Shown here in pieces: positions 54,301 through 61,718 of a stretch of 64,000 nt of DNA. The notes beneath the pieces were generated by a model that saw nothing but the letters and a program-made list of their open reading frames with translations, searched no databases and was not told the DNA's origin. This DNA is from Bdellovibrionales bacterium (GTDB lineage Bacteria > Bdellovibrionota > Bdellovibrionia > Bdellovibrionales > UBA1609): NCBI GenBank assembly GCA_965199825.1, contig OZ241329.1:1280362-1344361 (forward strand), written 5' to 3'. Both the position numbers and the translations under genes were made by a program. How positions within the stretch are numbered: position 1 is the first letter of the stretch; each line of letters opens with the position of its first letter.

Positions 54301-54791
54301 GCACTCGACAGTCTTTCGGCCTCGATGGCATAAGGCACCGACTGAATCACATAAGGTTGAGCAAAGGCCACGGTGTCTGGTCCATCAACAAATGAGACAT
54401 AAATGTTCCGTGAGTCGGTGGCTAAAGGTGTGTACGCAGTTGCGGTTGGTGCCCCCACACAGTTCAAGCTCGACAATGTTCCGGTGTTGGCAAAAACATT
54501 TGAGATCGAAAGACCAAGATCATTTGATGTTCTCGTGCCCGTGCCTAAAGTGACCAAAAATATGCCGTTCGAGGCGGTCATATTAAGAGAATAGCTTTCT
54601 TCAAACAAGGTGCATTCAGGGCGCGTGCCACTCACAGGCATGCTGGTGATTTTGATTGTGACATCCACGTTTGAGTCTTCGACAATCACACCGTCTTTTA
54701 AAAGTTGGCCTTGGAAGGTGAGGCCTTGGGGGCCAGCAAAAACGGATCGACAAAAAAGAGCGAAAACAAAAAACCATAAATTCAATTTCAC
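51021..54791 (-). CDS. giant fibre protein C (type-2 N-module, 'NTALG' beta-roll repeats, C-terminal S74 domain)
   Basis: 1256 aa with a GTG start after 'aaggaag' and signal 'RSVFA|GPQG'. It has the family N-module, repeats at about 52075-52640, and the C-terminal 'SPSDLRLKNHVEPL...'. Confidence 0.85.
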   Translation of the reverse strand: MKLNLWFFVFALFCRSVFAGPQGLTFQGQLLKDGVIVEDSNVDVTIKITSMPVSGTRPECTLFEESYSLNMTASNGIFLVTLGTGTRTSNDLGLSISNVFANTGTLSSLNCVGAPTATAYTPLATDSRNIYVSFVDGPDTVAFAQPYVIQSVPYAIEAERLSSAASSGFLQTSSDTTQSKVDAIFASTPYAELLALINGTSTSFAGLAGGNLNLGSGRIGVGTTNPSSDLSFGGNVARTIAMERATSSQGNNLTVSAGGATTSSTDQNGGTLNLSSGISTGAGSSAIQFQTSSPASSGTLSNSPSTKMTVLGNGNVGIGTTTPQANLEIQGSTASNLASTSNILQLIRPLNSGVAWPNVATFKLGSYTNGYGPTTELDINLKSTANISATGDYNVMTLLSNGNVGIGTTTPVSTLQVMGTTSAKQFLSTDGYGGRSGLASFVNNSSDGGSVHYYESGSGIGTPYTVTGGMLQYVGSTQTAALKFLNGSTPLVGQIDLSSGGTSVLRVVENGSVGIGTTSPSALLDVYGIGRMAGLGIGTNSMTDGSSLHTLSAYAGNSTVLLEYSGAPTSLVGPSIGLKRTGASKYFLIADDTINNDALSFQLNDGTKIVTITQSGKVGVGTTSPVDDFQINGGITAWRFTSGYGAPNAVNFGNYGNGFYYDANGAAISSNATERIRVLSNGNVGIGTTSPASSLDVNGTISVNGLNAFSLPPDSCTPAGSSIAIGNNALKNQTTGTCGTGSYNIAIGTYAMGSGSPLTGSNNLAIGFKSLTNVNSGGNNACVGNGSCTVLSTANNTTALGLNTAYRVTTGSQNTALGASALQNVTTTNYNTAVGWNSLINTTGSRNTALGASSGSTNVSGSDNILVGNGVGSATLQSGSSNILIGNSVDTPLAATSNYLNIGNVIFATGMNGTLAAPAGNVGIGKINPKLPLDIAGSTLDSNGSEISPAGMLRIESSNGYGNLLDIGAYAAYPNGIWFQAHDRGNFGATYPILLNPKGGNVGIGTLTPSAKLNIVSDAGTDALFIASQYGDAFRVNQYGVSIFNANLVAGYDANISSFAYSAFNDLYITSGYQQSPSKNIIIKPAGNGNVGIATLSPAYTLDVSGDVNIASANVLRFGGNSVCSSSGCTSPSDLRLKNHVEPLEDSLAKILQLQGVSYHWNQESFGAEEQIGLIAQDVEKIYPQAVKTDLRSSYKSIAYDHLIAPVIESIKTIYERITSLDTENKALKERVVQLEEQTAAMMSRMDQLEKLNQKR

Positions 54792-54812
54792 GAAACTTCC
54801 TTTAATAAAACT

Positions 54813-55226
54813 TTACTGCATTAACATTTCGAGCCGAGCCATACGCTTGAGCATTTGTGCATTTTCTTTTTCAAGACGATCCATTCGAATCGTCATCTGG
54901 GCTTTTTCTGATTCAAGTTGTTCGGATTTTAATTTCAACGCTGCAAGCTCCGAATCGGTTGAGATCAATTTTGAGTAAATAGATTTAATTGACTCAATAA
55001 TTGGCGCAACCAAATGATCATAGGCCACCGATTTGATGCCGGATTGAGAATCTGTTGAGATCGCTTCGGGATAAATTTTTTCGACTTCTTGAGCGATCAA
55101 GCCAATTTGTTTATTTTTGTTAAATCGCTCTTTGTCTTGCCAGTCATAACTGACGCCACGAAGATCTAAAATATTTTCTAAAGCATTCTCAAGAGGCTGA
55201 ATATTTTCTTTGAGTCGCAAGTCAGA
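54813..55226 (-). other. S74-type intramolecular chaperone domain (fibre B)
   Basis: 'SDLRLKENIQPLENALENILDLRGVSYDWQD...IGLIAQEVEKIYPEAI...VAYDHLVAPIIESIK' plus a long coiled-coil-like tail. Confidence 0.8.
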
Positions 55227-58200
55227 AGGTGAAGTGCATCCGGTCGAAGAGCAAACTTGGTTGCCGCCAAAGCGAAGTAGATTTGCCGAAGCAATATTCA
55301 AATCTCCACCCACATCGAGTTTGTAGCCAGGTGTTAAAACTCCAACACCCACATTTCCATTTGAGAGGATGTCCATGTAGTGGCTGTAGGCAGCACTGTT
55401 GTAGTTTTGAAATGTGATGCGCCCATTGTTGCCAGCAATAAAATCCAACTGCCCAACTCTTCCAGAGTAATTCGGACCATAAAGCGTCATTGCTGCGCCG
55501 TCGTTTGATCCTGTGTTGGCAGCAAAATCGATTCTTCCTGAGCTGTCGTCTGTTCCGGTTCGGGCGGCATAAATAGATGGCGAATTTCCAGAAAGTTTTA
55601 TTTTTCCTGCAACTTCGAGCATTTCGGATGGGCTGATCGTGCCGATTCCAAATCCCGAACCGGTTAGACGCATTCGTGGTGTGCCGCCGAGATACCAGTT
55701 CATCGTGTTCATCCCAATAAATCCAAAACTCAACTCGTTGTACGATTCAACGGTTACAAGATTCTGATTATTTCCGGCGGTGTCTTTTCCGTAGAGCGCA
55801 TTTCCATTTGCGATCACCATACTCCCATTCACATCGAGTGTGGCTGAAGGTGATGTTGTGTTGATTCCAACTTTGCCAGGTGCTGCGCTGTAAAGTCCTA
55901 CGCCCGGTTGTAAAATAATATTTCCGCCTGAGTATCCTGAATTAACACCGGTACCTGCTGTGACATTGACGTTTCCGCCAGAGGCTCCGGGTGAAGTTCC
56001 GCCATTGCCTGCAGTGAGGTTGAGTGCGCCACCGGTAGCGTAGAGAGAATTACCACTAATTATGTTTATAGGGCCTCCTGCGCCATTACCGCCCGCATAC
56101 CCTCCGTTGAGATTAAGCGCTCCGCCTACAATATTGCCTTTTGAAGTTCCACTTGAAAGTGTCAGCGCTCCAGCCGCACCATTTCCGCTGCTTGTATTCG
56201 ATCCCGATTGTAAAGTGACTGCTCCTGCAGTTGTAGACGTGGCGCTATTTCCTGCAACAAGGTTGATCGCCGCGGAATTTGAGCCGCCCTCCACATCTAA
56301 AATTCCAGCAGGACTTGTCGTCCCGATCCCAACATTGCCCGCAGAGTCGATGGCCAAACGCGATGTTGAATTAGTAATCAAAGACAGTTTAGCTGAGGCC
56401 GCGTCTGCACCCATCCCGATTCCGCTGTAATCGCGAAATCCAAACGCGGGCACGGTCATTGTTGAAGTCGAAAGCGCAATGTAAGCCCCCGCAGTGGTAG
56501 CTCTCATGGCCTGCTTCAATTCAATTTCACCGCCATAAGAAAATAAAACGGGCGAGCCGCAGTTTGAAATTCCGATGCTGCAATTGGCATTGCTGTAAAG
56601 ACCACCCACATTCGGAATTGAAAATGCAGGAGAAGTGACGCTACTTGCTCCTGATGAAGCAAACGAACTCGATGTGAGCGATCCACCAACATTTGCATTG
56701 TTGGTGACCGATAAGCCAGTACCCGCGGCACTTGCGGTCACTGCACCAGAAAATGTTTCTGCCCCAGAAATAGTTTGTCCACCTGAGGTGCTTAAGAGTG
56801 ATCCGTATGCGCTTCCATTTTGAGAAATCATCAGCTGATTCGCCGTTGAATCGAAATACATTCGTGCTTGTGCCACAGGCGAAAGTGGGGGAGCCGAACT
56901 TGCTCGCAAAGAAAATGCACCATTCAGATCGAGAGGTGTGGCGGGAGATGTTGTGTTGATTCCAACATTTCCGCTCGAGCTCACTTGCAAACCAGTATAG
57001 TTTATATAGTAATTTAAATTTGGTTTTGTTTGCGAGATCGATACAATCATCGAACTGCTACTGGAGACAGAAAGTATTGTTCCCCCCGCAACACCGTCTG
57101 CAAAAACGAATTGCGAACCAATAAGGTCTGAGGTCCACATCGTTCCTGAACCGGTGATTGTGGTTCCTGACTGCGTTGCCAATCCGGTTTGATATTGAGC
57201 GGGCGATGCAGAAAATGGATTCATCGGAAACAGAGTATTCACCCCAACATAACTCGAGTTCTTCACAATCAATCCCGTTGTGAAGTTCAGGCCTACTCCT
57301 GCAGCTGGCACTGCTGGAGCTGTCCGTAATAAAATATCACCGTGATCAAATCCGATTTGTTGAGCCGGATTGTAGGCTGTTTGACTTGCCCAAAATCCAA
57401 TGTTGGTTGTTCCTGCTGACAAATAGTAATTTCCGAAAAAGGGTTGAAAGTTGAAACTGCTGCCACCAGGGGTGCTATTCATACTGATCGATCCGTAATC
57501 ACCAACCGAGAAATTTATTTTCTGTCCCCGAACGTCGAGCTGACTTCCAGGACTTGTCGTCCCGATCCCAACATTGCCCGCACCATCAAATCGCGCGACC
57601 TCTTTCGTTGTTCCGCTTTGAGCGGTAGAAATCGCTAAGTAGCCGCCCTCACTTCCTTGAGTCGTAGTTTGAATTCCAGATGTAATATTTGAAAAATCAA
57701 ATTTGTTTCCGCTACCATTTAACGCTTCGAACAACATTCTTGGTGAAGCCACATTTGAGATTCTAAAAACATCGGTACTATCACTTGCGACGTAGAGCTT
57801 TGAAAATGCATAAGGACTGGCTTCACCAATCCCGACATTGCCGGATGGAGAAATGGTGAGAGCCGCATAATTCGGCGAGCGATCGGTTGTTCCGTTGCCT
57901 TGAAAACTTTTAACAATATTTAAAGCGATGCCCGAGCCGCCATTGCCGGTTGCCATTCCCGCATTTAAATTGAGTGTTCCACCATTTTGATTGGTGCTCG
58001 ATGAAGTCGCACCACCCGCAGCCACAGTTAAATTATTTCCTTGCGACGAAGTCGCGCGTTCCATCGCAATCGTGCGCGCGACATTGCCACCAAAACTGAG
58101 ATCTGAACTGGGATTCGTCGTGCCCACACCAATTCTGCCTGAGCCCAAATTTAAATTACCGCCTGCAAGTCCTGCAAACGAAGTGGAGGTGCCGTTGATC

Positions 58201-58772
58201 AATGCGAGCAATTCCGCATAAGGCGTGCTCGCAAAAATCGCATCCACTTTAGATTGGGTGGTGTCGCTGCTGGTTTGTAAAAAACCCGACGACGCCGCAG
58301 TCGAAAGTCTTTCGGCTTCAAAGGCATAAGGGACGGATTCAATCACATAAGGAGCAGAAAATGCCACGGTGTCAGGTCCATCAACAAAGCTCACATAAAT
58401 ATTTCGTGAATCAGTGGGCTGCGGAGTGTAGGCGGTAGCAGATGGTGCTCCTATACAATTCAAACTCGAAAGTGTTCCCGCATTTTGAAAAACATTGGAG
58501 ACCGAAAGACCAAGATCATTGGACGTTCTTACACCTGTACCTAAAGTCACCGCAAAGATGCCGTTCGAATTTGTCATGTTGAGTGGAAAGGTTTCTTCGA
58601 ATAAAACACATTCAGGCCTCGTGTTTATCATGGGCATGCTTGTCACTCGAATGGTGAGGTCTACAGTGGGCGACTCAACAACCACGCTGTCTTTTAAAAG
58701 CTGTCCTTGAAAGGTGATGCCTTGAGGGGCAGCATAAATAAAATGTGTTAAAATTAAATTTAATAAAATCAT
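54813..58772 (-). CDS. giant fibre protein B (type-1 N-module, Gly-rich beta-helix-like segment, C-terminal S74 domain)
   Basis: 1319 aa with signal 'HFIYA|APQG'. Its N-module is nearly identical to that of fibre E. C-terminal 'SPSDLRLKENIQPL...'. Confidence 0.85.
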   Translation of the reverse strand: MILLNLILTHFIYAAPQGITFQGQLLKDSVVVESPTVDLTIRVTSMPMINTRPECVLFEETFPLNMTNSNGIFAVTLGTGVRTSNDLGLSVSNVFQNAGTLSSLNCIGAPSATAYTPQPTDSRNIYVSFVDGPDTVAFSAPYVIESVPYAFEAERLSTAASSGFLQTSSDTTQSKVDAIFASTPYAELLALINGTSTSFAGLAGGNLNLGSGRIGVGTTNPSSDLSFGGNVARTIAMERATSSQGNNLTVAAGGATSSSTNQNGGTLNLNAGMATGNGGSGIALNIVKSFQGNGTTDRSPNYAALTISPSGNVGIGEASPYAFSKLYVASDSTDVFRISNVASPRMLFEALNGSGNKFDFSNITSGIQTTTQGSEGGYLAISTAQSGTTKEVARFDGAGNVGIGTTSPGSQLDVRGQKINFSVGDYGSISMNSTPGGSSFNFQPFFGNYYLSAGTTNIGFWASQTAYNPAQQIGFDHGDILLRTAPAVPAAGVGLNFTTGLIVKNSSYVGVNTLFPMNPFSASPAQYQTGLATQSGTTITGSGTMWTSDLIGSQFVFADGVAGGTILSVSSSSSMIVSISQTKPNLNYYINYTGLQVSSSGNVGINTTSPATPLDLNGAFSLRASSAPPLSPVAQARMYFDSTANQLMISQNGSAYGSLLSTSGGQTISGAETFSGAVTASAAGTGLSVTNNANVGGSLTSSSFASSGASSVTSPAFSIPNVGGLYSNANCSIGISNCGSPVLFSYGGEIELKQAMRATTAGAYIALSTSTMTVPAFGFRDYSGIGMGADAASAKLSLITNSTSRLAIDSAGNVGIGTTSPAGILDVEGGSNSAAINLVAGNSATSTTAGAVTLQSGSNTSSGNGAAGALTLSSGTSKGNIVGGALNLNGGYAGGNGAGGPINIISGNSLYATGGALNLTAGNGGTSPGASGGNVNVTAGTGVNSGYSGGNIILQPGVGLYSAAPGKVGINTTSPSATLDVNGSMVIANGNALYGKDTAGNNQNLVTVESYNELSFGFIGMNTMNWYLGGTPRMRLTGSGFGIGTISPSEMLEVAGKIKLSGNSPSIYAARTGTDDSSGRIDFAANTGSNDGAAMTLYGPNYSGRVGQLDFIAGNNGRITFQNYNSAAYSHYMDILSNGNVGVGVLTPGYKLDVGGDLNIASANLLRFGGNQVCSSTGCTSPSDLRLKENIQPLENALENILDLRGVSYDWQDKERFNKNKQIGLIAQEVEKIYPEAISTDSQSGIKSVAYDHLVAPIIESIKSIYSKLISTDSELAALKLKSEQLESEKAQMTIRMDRLEKENAQMLKRMARLEMLMQ
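57973..58266 (-). repeat. near-identical ~294-nt tract shared with 60273-60566 (fibre B vs fibre A)
   Basis: My base-by-base comparison at a constant offset of 2300 nt finds only 3 mismatches. The flanks diverge much more. Confidence 0.8.
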
Positions 58773-58801
58773 TTGGGTCCCTTTTCAATAGATAGCAATC
58801 T

Positions 58802-59179
58802 TCAATGAGGAGAAATTAATTTTTCAAGGCGTTCGAAGCGTGCCGAAGATTGAGCCGCCTCAAACTCAAGCTGACTCACTTTTTCCTTAAGCACTGCATT
58901 TTCGTTTCTTAAAGCTGTGATTTGTTCATAAATTGATTTTATTGATTCAATGACAGGAGCCACAAGATGATCGTAAGCAATCGATTTAAAGCCCGATTCA
59001 GAATCAGTTTTTACAGTTTCTGGATAAATAGCTTCGACTTCTTGTGCAATCAAACCGACTTGATTTTGTTTTCCAAACTGACTTTGATTTTTCCAATGAT
59101 AATTCACACCTTGAAGCTTTAAAATATTCTCAAGAGAGTTTTGCAGCGGCTCAATATCTTCTTTTAACCGCGCATCTGA
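58802..59179 (-). other. S74-type intramolecular chaperone domain (fibre A)
   Basis: 'SDARLKEDIEPLQNSLENILKLQGVNYHWKN...VGLIAQEVEAIYPETV...IAYDHLVAPVIESIK'. Confidence 0.8.
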
Positions 59180-61072
59180 TGGCGAGGTACATCCAGTTGA
59201 GGAACACACTTGGGTTCCACCAAAACGCAAGGCATTTGCTGAAGCGATATTTATGTCGCCATTGACGTCGAGCTTGTAATTGGGCGGATTCGTCCCGATC
59301 CCGACGTTGCCGCCGCCCGAGGGCAGCAATAAAATACTACTCATAGAATTGGAGCCCCAACCCGATGTTAAATAAAGTGAGTTTACAGATCCGTATCCAC
59401 CGGGACCGCCGAGATTTGGATCGTTTCCGACAATTTGTCCGTTTGAACTTGAAAGTCCGCCGTAGCGATCAAAAGTAAAATTCGAGTAGGGTGTGGCGAT
59501 GCGAACAAGATCAACGCCCGTTGCACCTTGCACAACCAGCGGCATTGCGGCAGAAGTTGTTCCAATCCCCACATTGCCGCTAAAAGTTGCGTTTCCCACA
59601 CCATCATCAATCAAATTTCGAAATACGGGATTTCCAAATGCACCACTCATACTGCCAACAGCGCCGTTCGGGTTCATTCCAAAAAATGTTTGGTTGCCAT
59701 TGGCGGGGATAGCACCTTGTAACGCGCCCGAAATGTTGTACATCCCGAGTTGAGCTTTTCCGTAGCTCTGGCCAAAATAGGATCCTAAGGTTCCACTAAA
59801 ATCTCCGGCGTTGCGTATTCTTAAACTTGGATCTGTTATCACTGCTTCGACTACACCAGAGGGAGAATTTGTGCCCAAGCCGACATTTCCAGTGCCTCGA
59901 TCGATGAACAAAGCGGAGATGCCCGCGTAAGAACTCTCATGGCGGAGTATGTTTAATCCGCGGGGAATTATGTCTTCGTTGTTGATTGTGAATCCGTAAT
60001 AATCATCATAAAAACGCAACTTGATTCCATTGGTGTGAATGCTTCCTCCGGCACCGTTGATTCTTAGATAAGCATTCGCGGGTGTGTTGATGAGAGCTGA
60101 AAGTTCGAGCAACTCTGTTGGTGCTGAATTTCCGATCCCTACATTGCCATTTCCAAGCAAGGTCATCCTTGTCGAAGGCGTATTACTCGCAGTCCCTGAA
60201 CTTGCAGACGAAGAAGTCTGAAACTGAATCGCCGATGCACCAGCGCCCGTAGAAATCCCAGATGAAAGATTCAGTGTTCCACCATTTTGATTGGTGCTCG
60301 ATGATGTCGCACCACCCGCAGCCACAGTTAAATTATTTCCTTGCGACGAAGTCGCGCGTTCCATCGCAATCGTGCGTGCGACATTGCCACCAAAACTGAG
60401 ATCTGAACTGGGATTCGTCGTGCCCACACCAATTCTGCCTGAGCCCAAATTTAAATTACCGCCTGCAAGTCCTGCAAACGAAGTGGAGGTGCCGTTGATC
60501 AATGCGAGCAATTCCGCGTAAGGCGTGCTCGCAAAAATCGCATCCACTTTAGATTGGGTGGTGTCGTTGCTGGTTTGCAAAAATCCCGATGACGTCGCAG
60601 TCGAAAGTCTTTCGGCCTCAATTGCATAAGGGACCGACTGAATCACATAAGGTTGAGCAAAGGCGACGGTGTCGGGTCCATCAACAAACGAGACATAAAT
60701 ATTTCGTGAGTCGGTGGGGAGTGGAGTGTAGGCCGTTGCGGTTGGTGCACCCACACAATTCAAACTCGAAAGTGTTCCGGAGTTTGCAAAAACATTTGAG
60801 ATCGCAAGTCCAAGATCATTTGCGGTTCTGGTGCCCGTACCTAAAGTGACTAAAAATATTCCGTTGGATGCGGTCATATTTAAAGAATAACTTTCCTCAA
60901 ACACCGTACATTCTGGCCGTGTACCCGCAACCGGCATGCTGGTGATTTTAAAAGTGACATCGACATTTGAGTTTTCGACCACGACACCGTCTTTTAAAAG
61001 TTGACCTTGAAAAGTCACACCTTGAGGTCCGGCATAAACAAATTGGCTGAAACAAAAAATAAAGAAGAACAT
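58802..61072 (-). CDS. fibre protein A (type-2 N-module, short shaft, C-terminal S74 domain)
   Basis: 756 aa with signal 'SQFVYA|GPQG'. It has the family N-module and the C-terminal 'SPSDARLKEDIEPL...'. It starts 9 nt after the lipoprotein gene. Confidence 0.85.
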   Translation of the reverse strand: MFFFIFCFSQFVYAGPQGVTFQGQLLKDGVVVENSNVDVTFKITSMPVAGTRPECTVFEESYSLNMTASNGIFLVTLGTGTRTANDLGLAISNVFANSGTLSSLNCVGAPTATAYTPLPTDSRNIYVSFVDGPDTVAFAQPYVIQSVPYAIEAERLSTATSSGFLQTSNDTTQSKVDAIFASTPYAELLALINGTSTSFAGLAGGNLNLGSGRIGVGTTNPSSDLSFGGNVARTIAMERATSSQGNNLTVAAGGATSSSTNQNGGTLNLSSGISTGAGASAIQFQTSSSASSGTASNTPSTRMTLLGNGNVGIGNSAPTELLELSALINTPANAYLRINGAGGSIHTNGIKLRFYDDYYGFTINNEDIIPRGLNILRHESSYAGISALFIDRGTGNVGLGTNSPSGVVEAVITDPSLRIRNAGDFSGTLGSYFGQSYGKAQLGMYNISGALQGAIPANGNQTFFGMNPNGAVGSMSGAFGNPVFRNLIDDGVGNATFSGNVGIGTTSAAMPLVVQGATGVDLVRIATPYSNFTFDRYGGLSSSNGQIVGNDPNLGGPGGYGSVNSLYLTSGWGSNSMSSILLLPSGGGNVGIGTNPPNYKLDVNGDINIASANALRFGGTQVCSSTGCTSPSDARLKEDIEPLQNSLENILKLQGVNYHWKNQSQFGKQNQVGLIAQEVEAIYPETVKTDSESGFKSIAYDHLVAPVIESIKSIYEQITALRNENAVLKEKVSQLEFEAAQSSARFERLEKLISPH
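60273..60566 (-). repeat. near-identical ~294-nt tract shared with 57973-58266
   Basis: See the partner feature: 3 mismatches in about 294 nt. Confidence 0.8.
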
Positions 61073-61081
61073 TTATTTTCC

Positions 61082-61627
61082 TTACCTTTGGAAGGTTTGG
61101 GTTTGGACGCCGCCTTTGAGCGTGTAGCGGCCACTTGTTTTTACAGCTCCTGGCTCTTGGTTTCCAAAATTGCCTAGCAGCTCGTAGCGACTATCGGTGG
61201 ATGTGATTTTTTTTGCGCCAGCGATGGCTCCAAAGACCGATCGGCCCATGGGTGTTGTGAACACAACGTCGGATTTTAATACGATTGCCACATTGTTAAC
61301 CAAAATTGTTTTCACCCCCACTTGAGTGCTTCGCAAAATGCAGGTGGATACTCCATTGCTATTCGAAGTTGTGCAGGGCAGAGCGGTGACGCCACCGCCT
61401 GACACAACAGTGTAGGTGGGTCTAAATCCAACAACCGGAGTGCTGTCAGAATTTGTTAATTGGATGACGATCAATAAATCGGATTGCCCATCAGCTGCAG
61501 CAGGACCGTTGGAAATGATTTCTGATTTTTTAAAATCTTGGATCGATGCGTGTTTGAAAGTTCCAGTGATGGTGCCTTTTGAGCAGTTGACCAAAAACAA
61601 AAAAGTGAGAAAAATAAAAAAACGCAT
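61082..61627 (-). CDS. lipoprotein with bacterial Ig-like (Big_1-type) domain, first gene of the fibre array
   Basis: Lipobox 'FLVNC'. 'AADGQSDLLIVIQLTNSDSTPVVGFRPTYTVVSGG...NSNGVSTCILRSTQVGVKTILV'. It has the same size and layout as the lipoprotein at 2965-3531. Confidence 0.6.
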   Translation of the reverse strand: MRFFIFLTFLFLVNCSKGTITGTFKHASIQDFKKSEIISNGPAAADGQSDLLIVIQLTNSDSTPVVGFRPTYTVVSGGGVTALPCTTSNSNGVSTCILRSTQVGVKTILVNNVAIVLKSDVVFTTPMGRSVFGAIAGAKKITSTDSRYELLGNFGNQEPGAVKTSGRYTLKGGVQTQTFQR

Positions 61628-61718
61628 AAGCTTGTCCCCCGACGCATGCCAGGCTACCGAGCTATTTCATAGAATGTGAAACGGTTTTTTATTTTGCAAC
61701 CCACTCCGTCGCAAAAAA

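Noticed and set aside
41739-61072. Dozens of 60-130-aa antisense or off-frame ORFs inside the fibre genes (e.g. 44491-44877, 49189-49431, 56062-56430, 57991-58221, 60291-60521)
   Set aside because: They lie wholly within long, paralog-supported ORFs. Their apparent conservation between copies merely mirrors conservation of the sense-strand fibre sequence.
41739-61072. Possibility of a diversity-generating retroelement or invertible shufflon acting on the fibres
   Set aside because: No reverse transcriptase, template-repeat pair with adenine-specific mismatches, site-specific recombinase or inverted sfx-like sites were seen. The three mismatches in the 294-nt shared tract are a/t, c/t and a/g, and all the genes are co-oriented.
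41739-61072. The regularly recurring 'GNVGIGTTSP' coding motif as a CRISPR-like or intergenic repeat array
   Set aside because: The repeats are degenerate at the DNA level, irregularly spaced (hundreds of nt apart) and in-frame within ORFs. They are protein module junctions, not a CRISPR array.
41739-61627. Possibility that the fibre array is a prophage or tailocin remnant
   Set aside because: I recognised no capsid, portal, terminase, sheath/tube, baseplate, tape-measure, integrase or lysis genes anywhere in the 64 kb. All the fibres carry Sec signal peptides, which phage tail fibres do not normally have.
61628-61718. Promoter or terminator signals in the 91-nt gap between the FecR/barrel gene and the fibre-array lipoprotein gene (imperfect hairpin 'ttttgc...gcaaaa')
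   Set aside because: The stem is short and imperfect, and it lacks a U-tract on the transcribed (minus) strand. I could not place convincing -35/-10 hexamers. Whether the array has its own promoter here needs TSS data.
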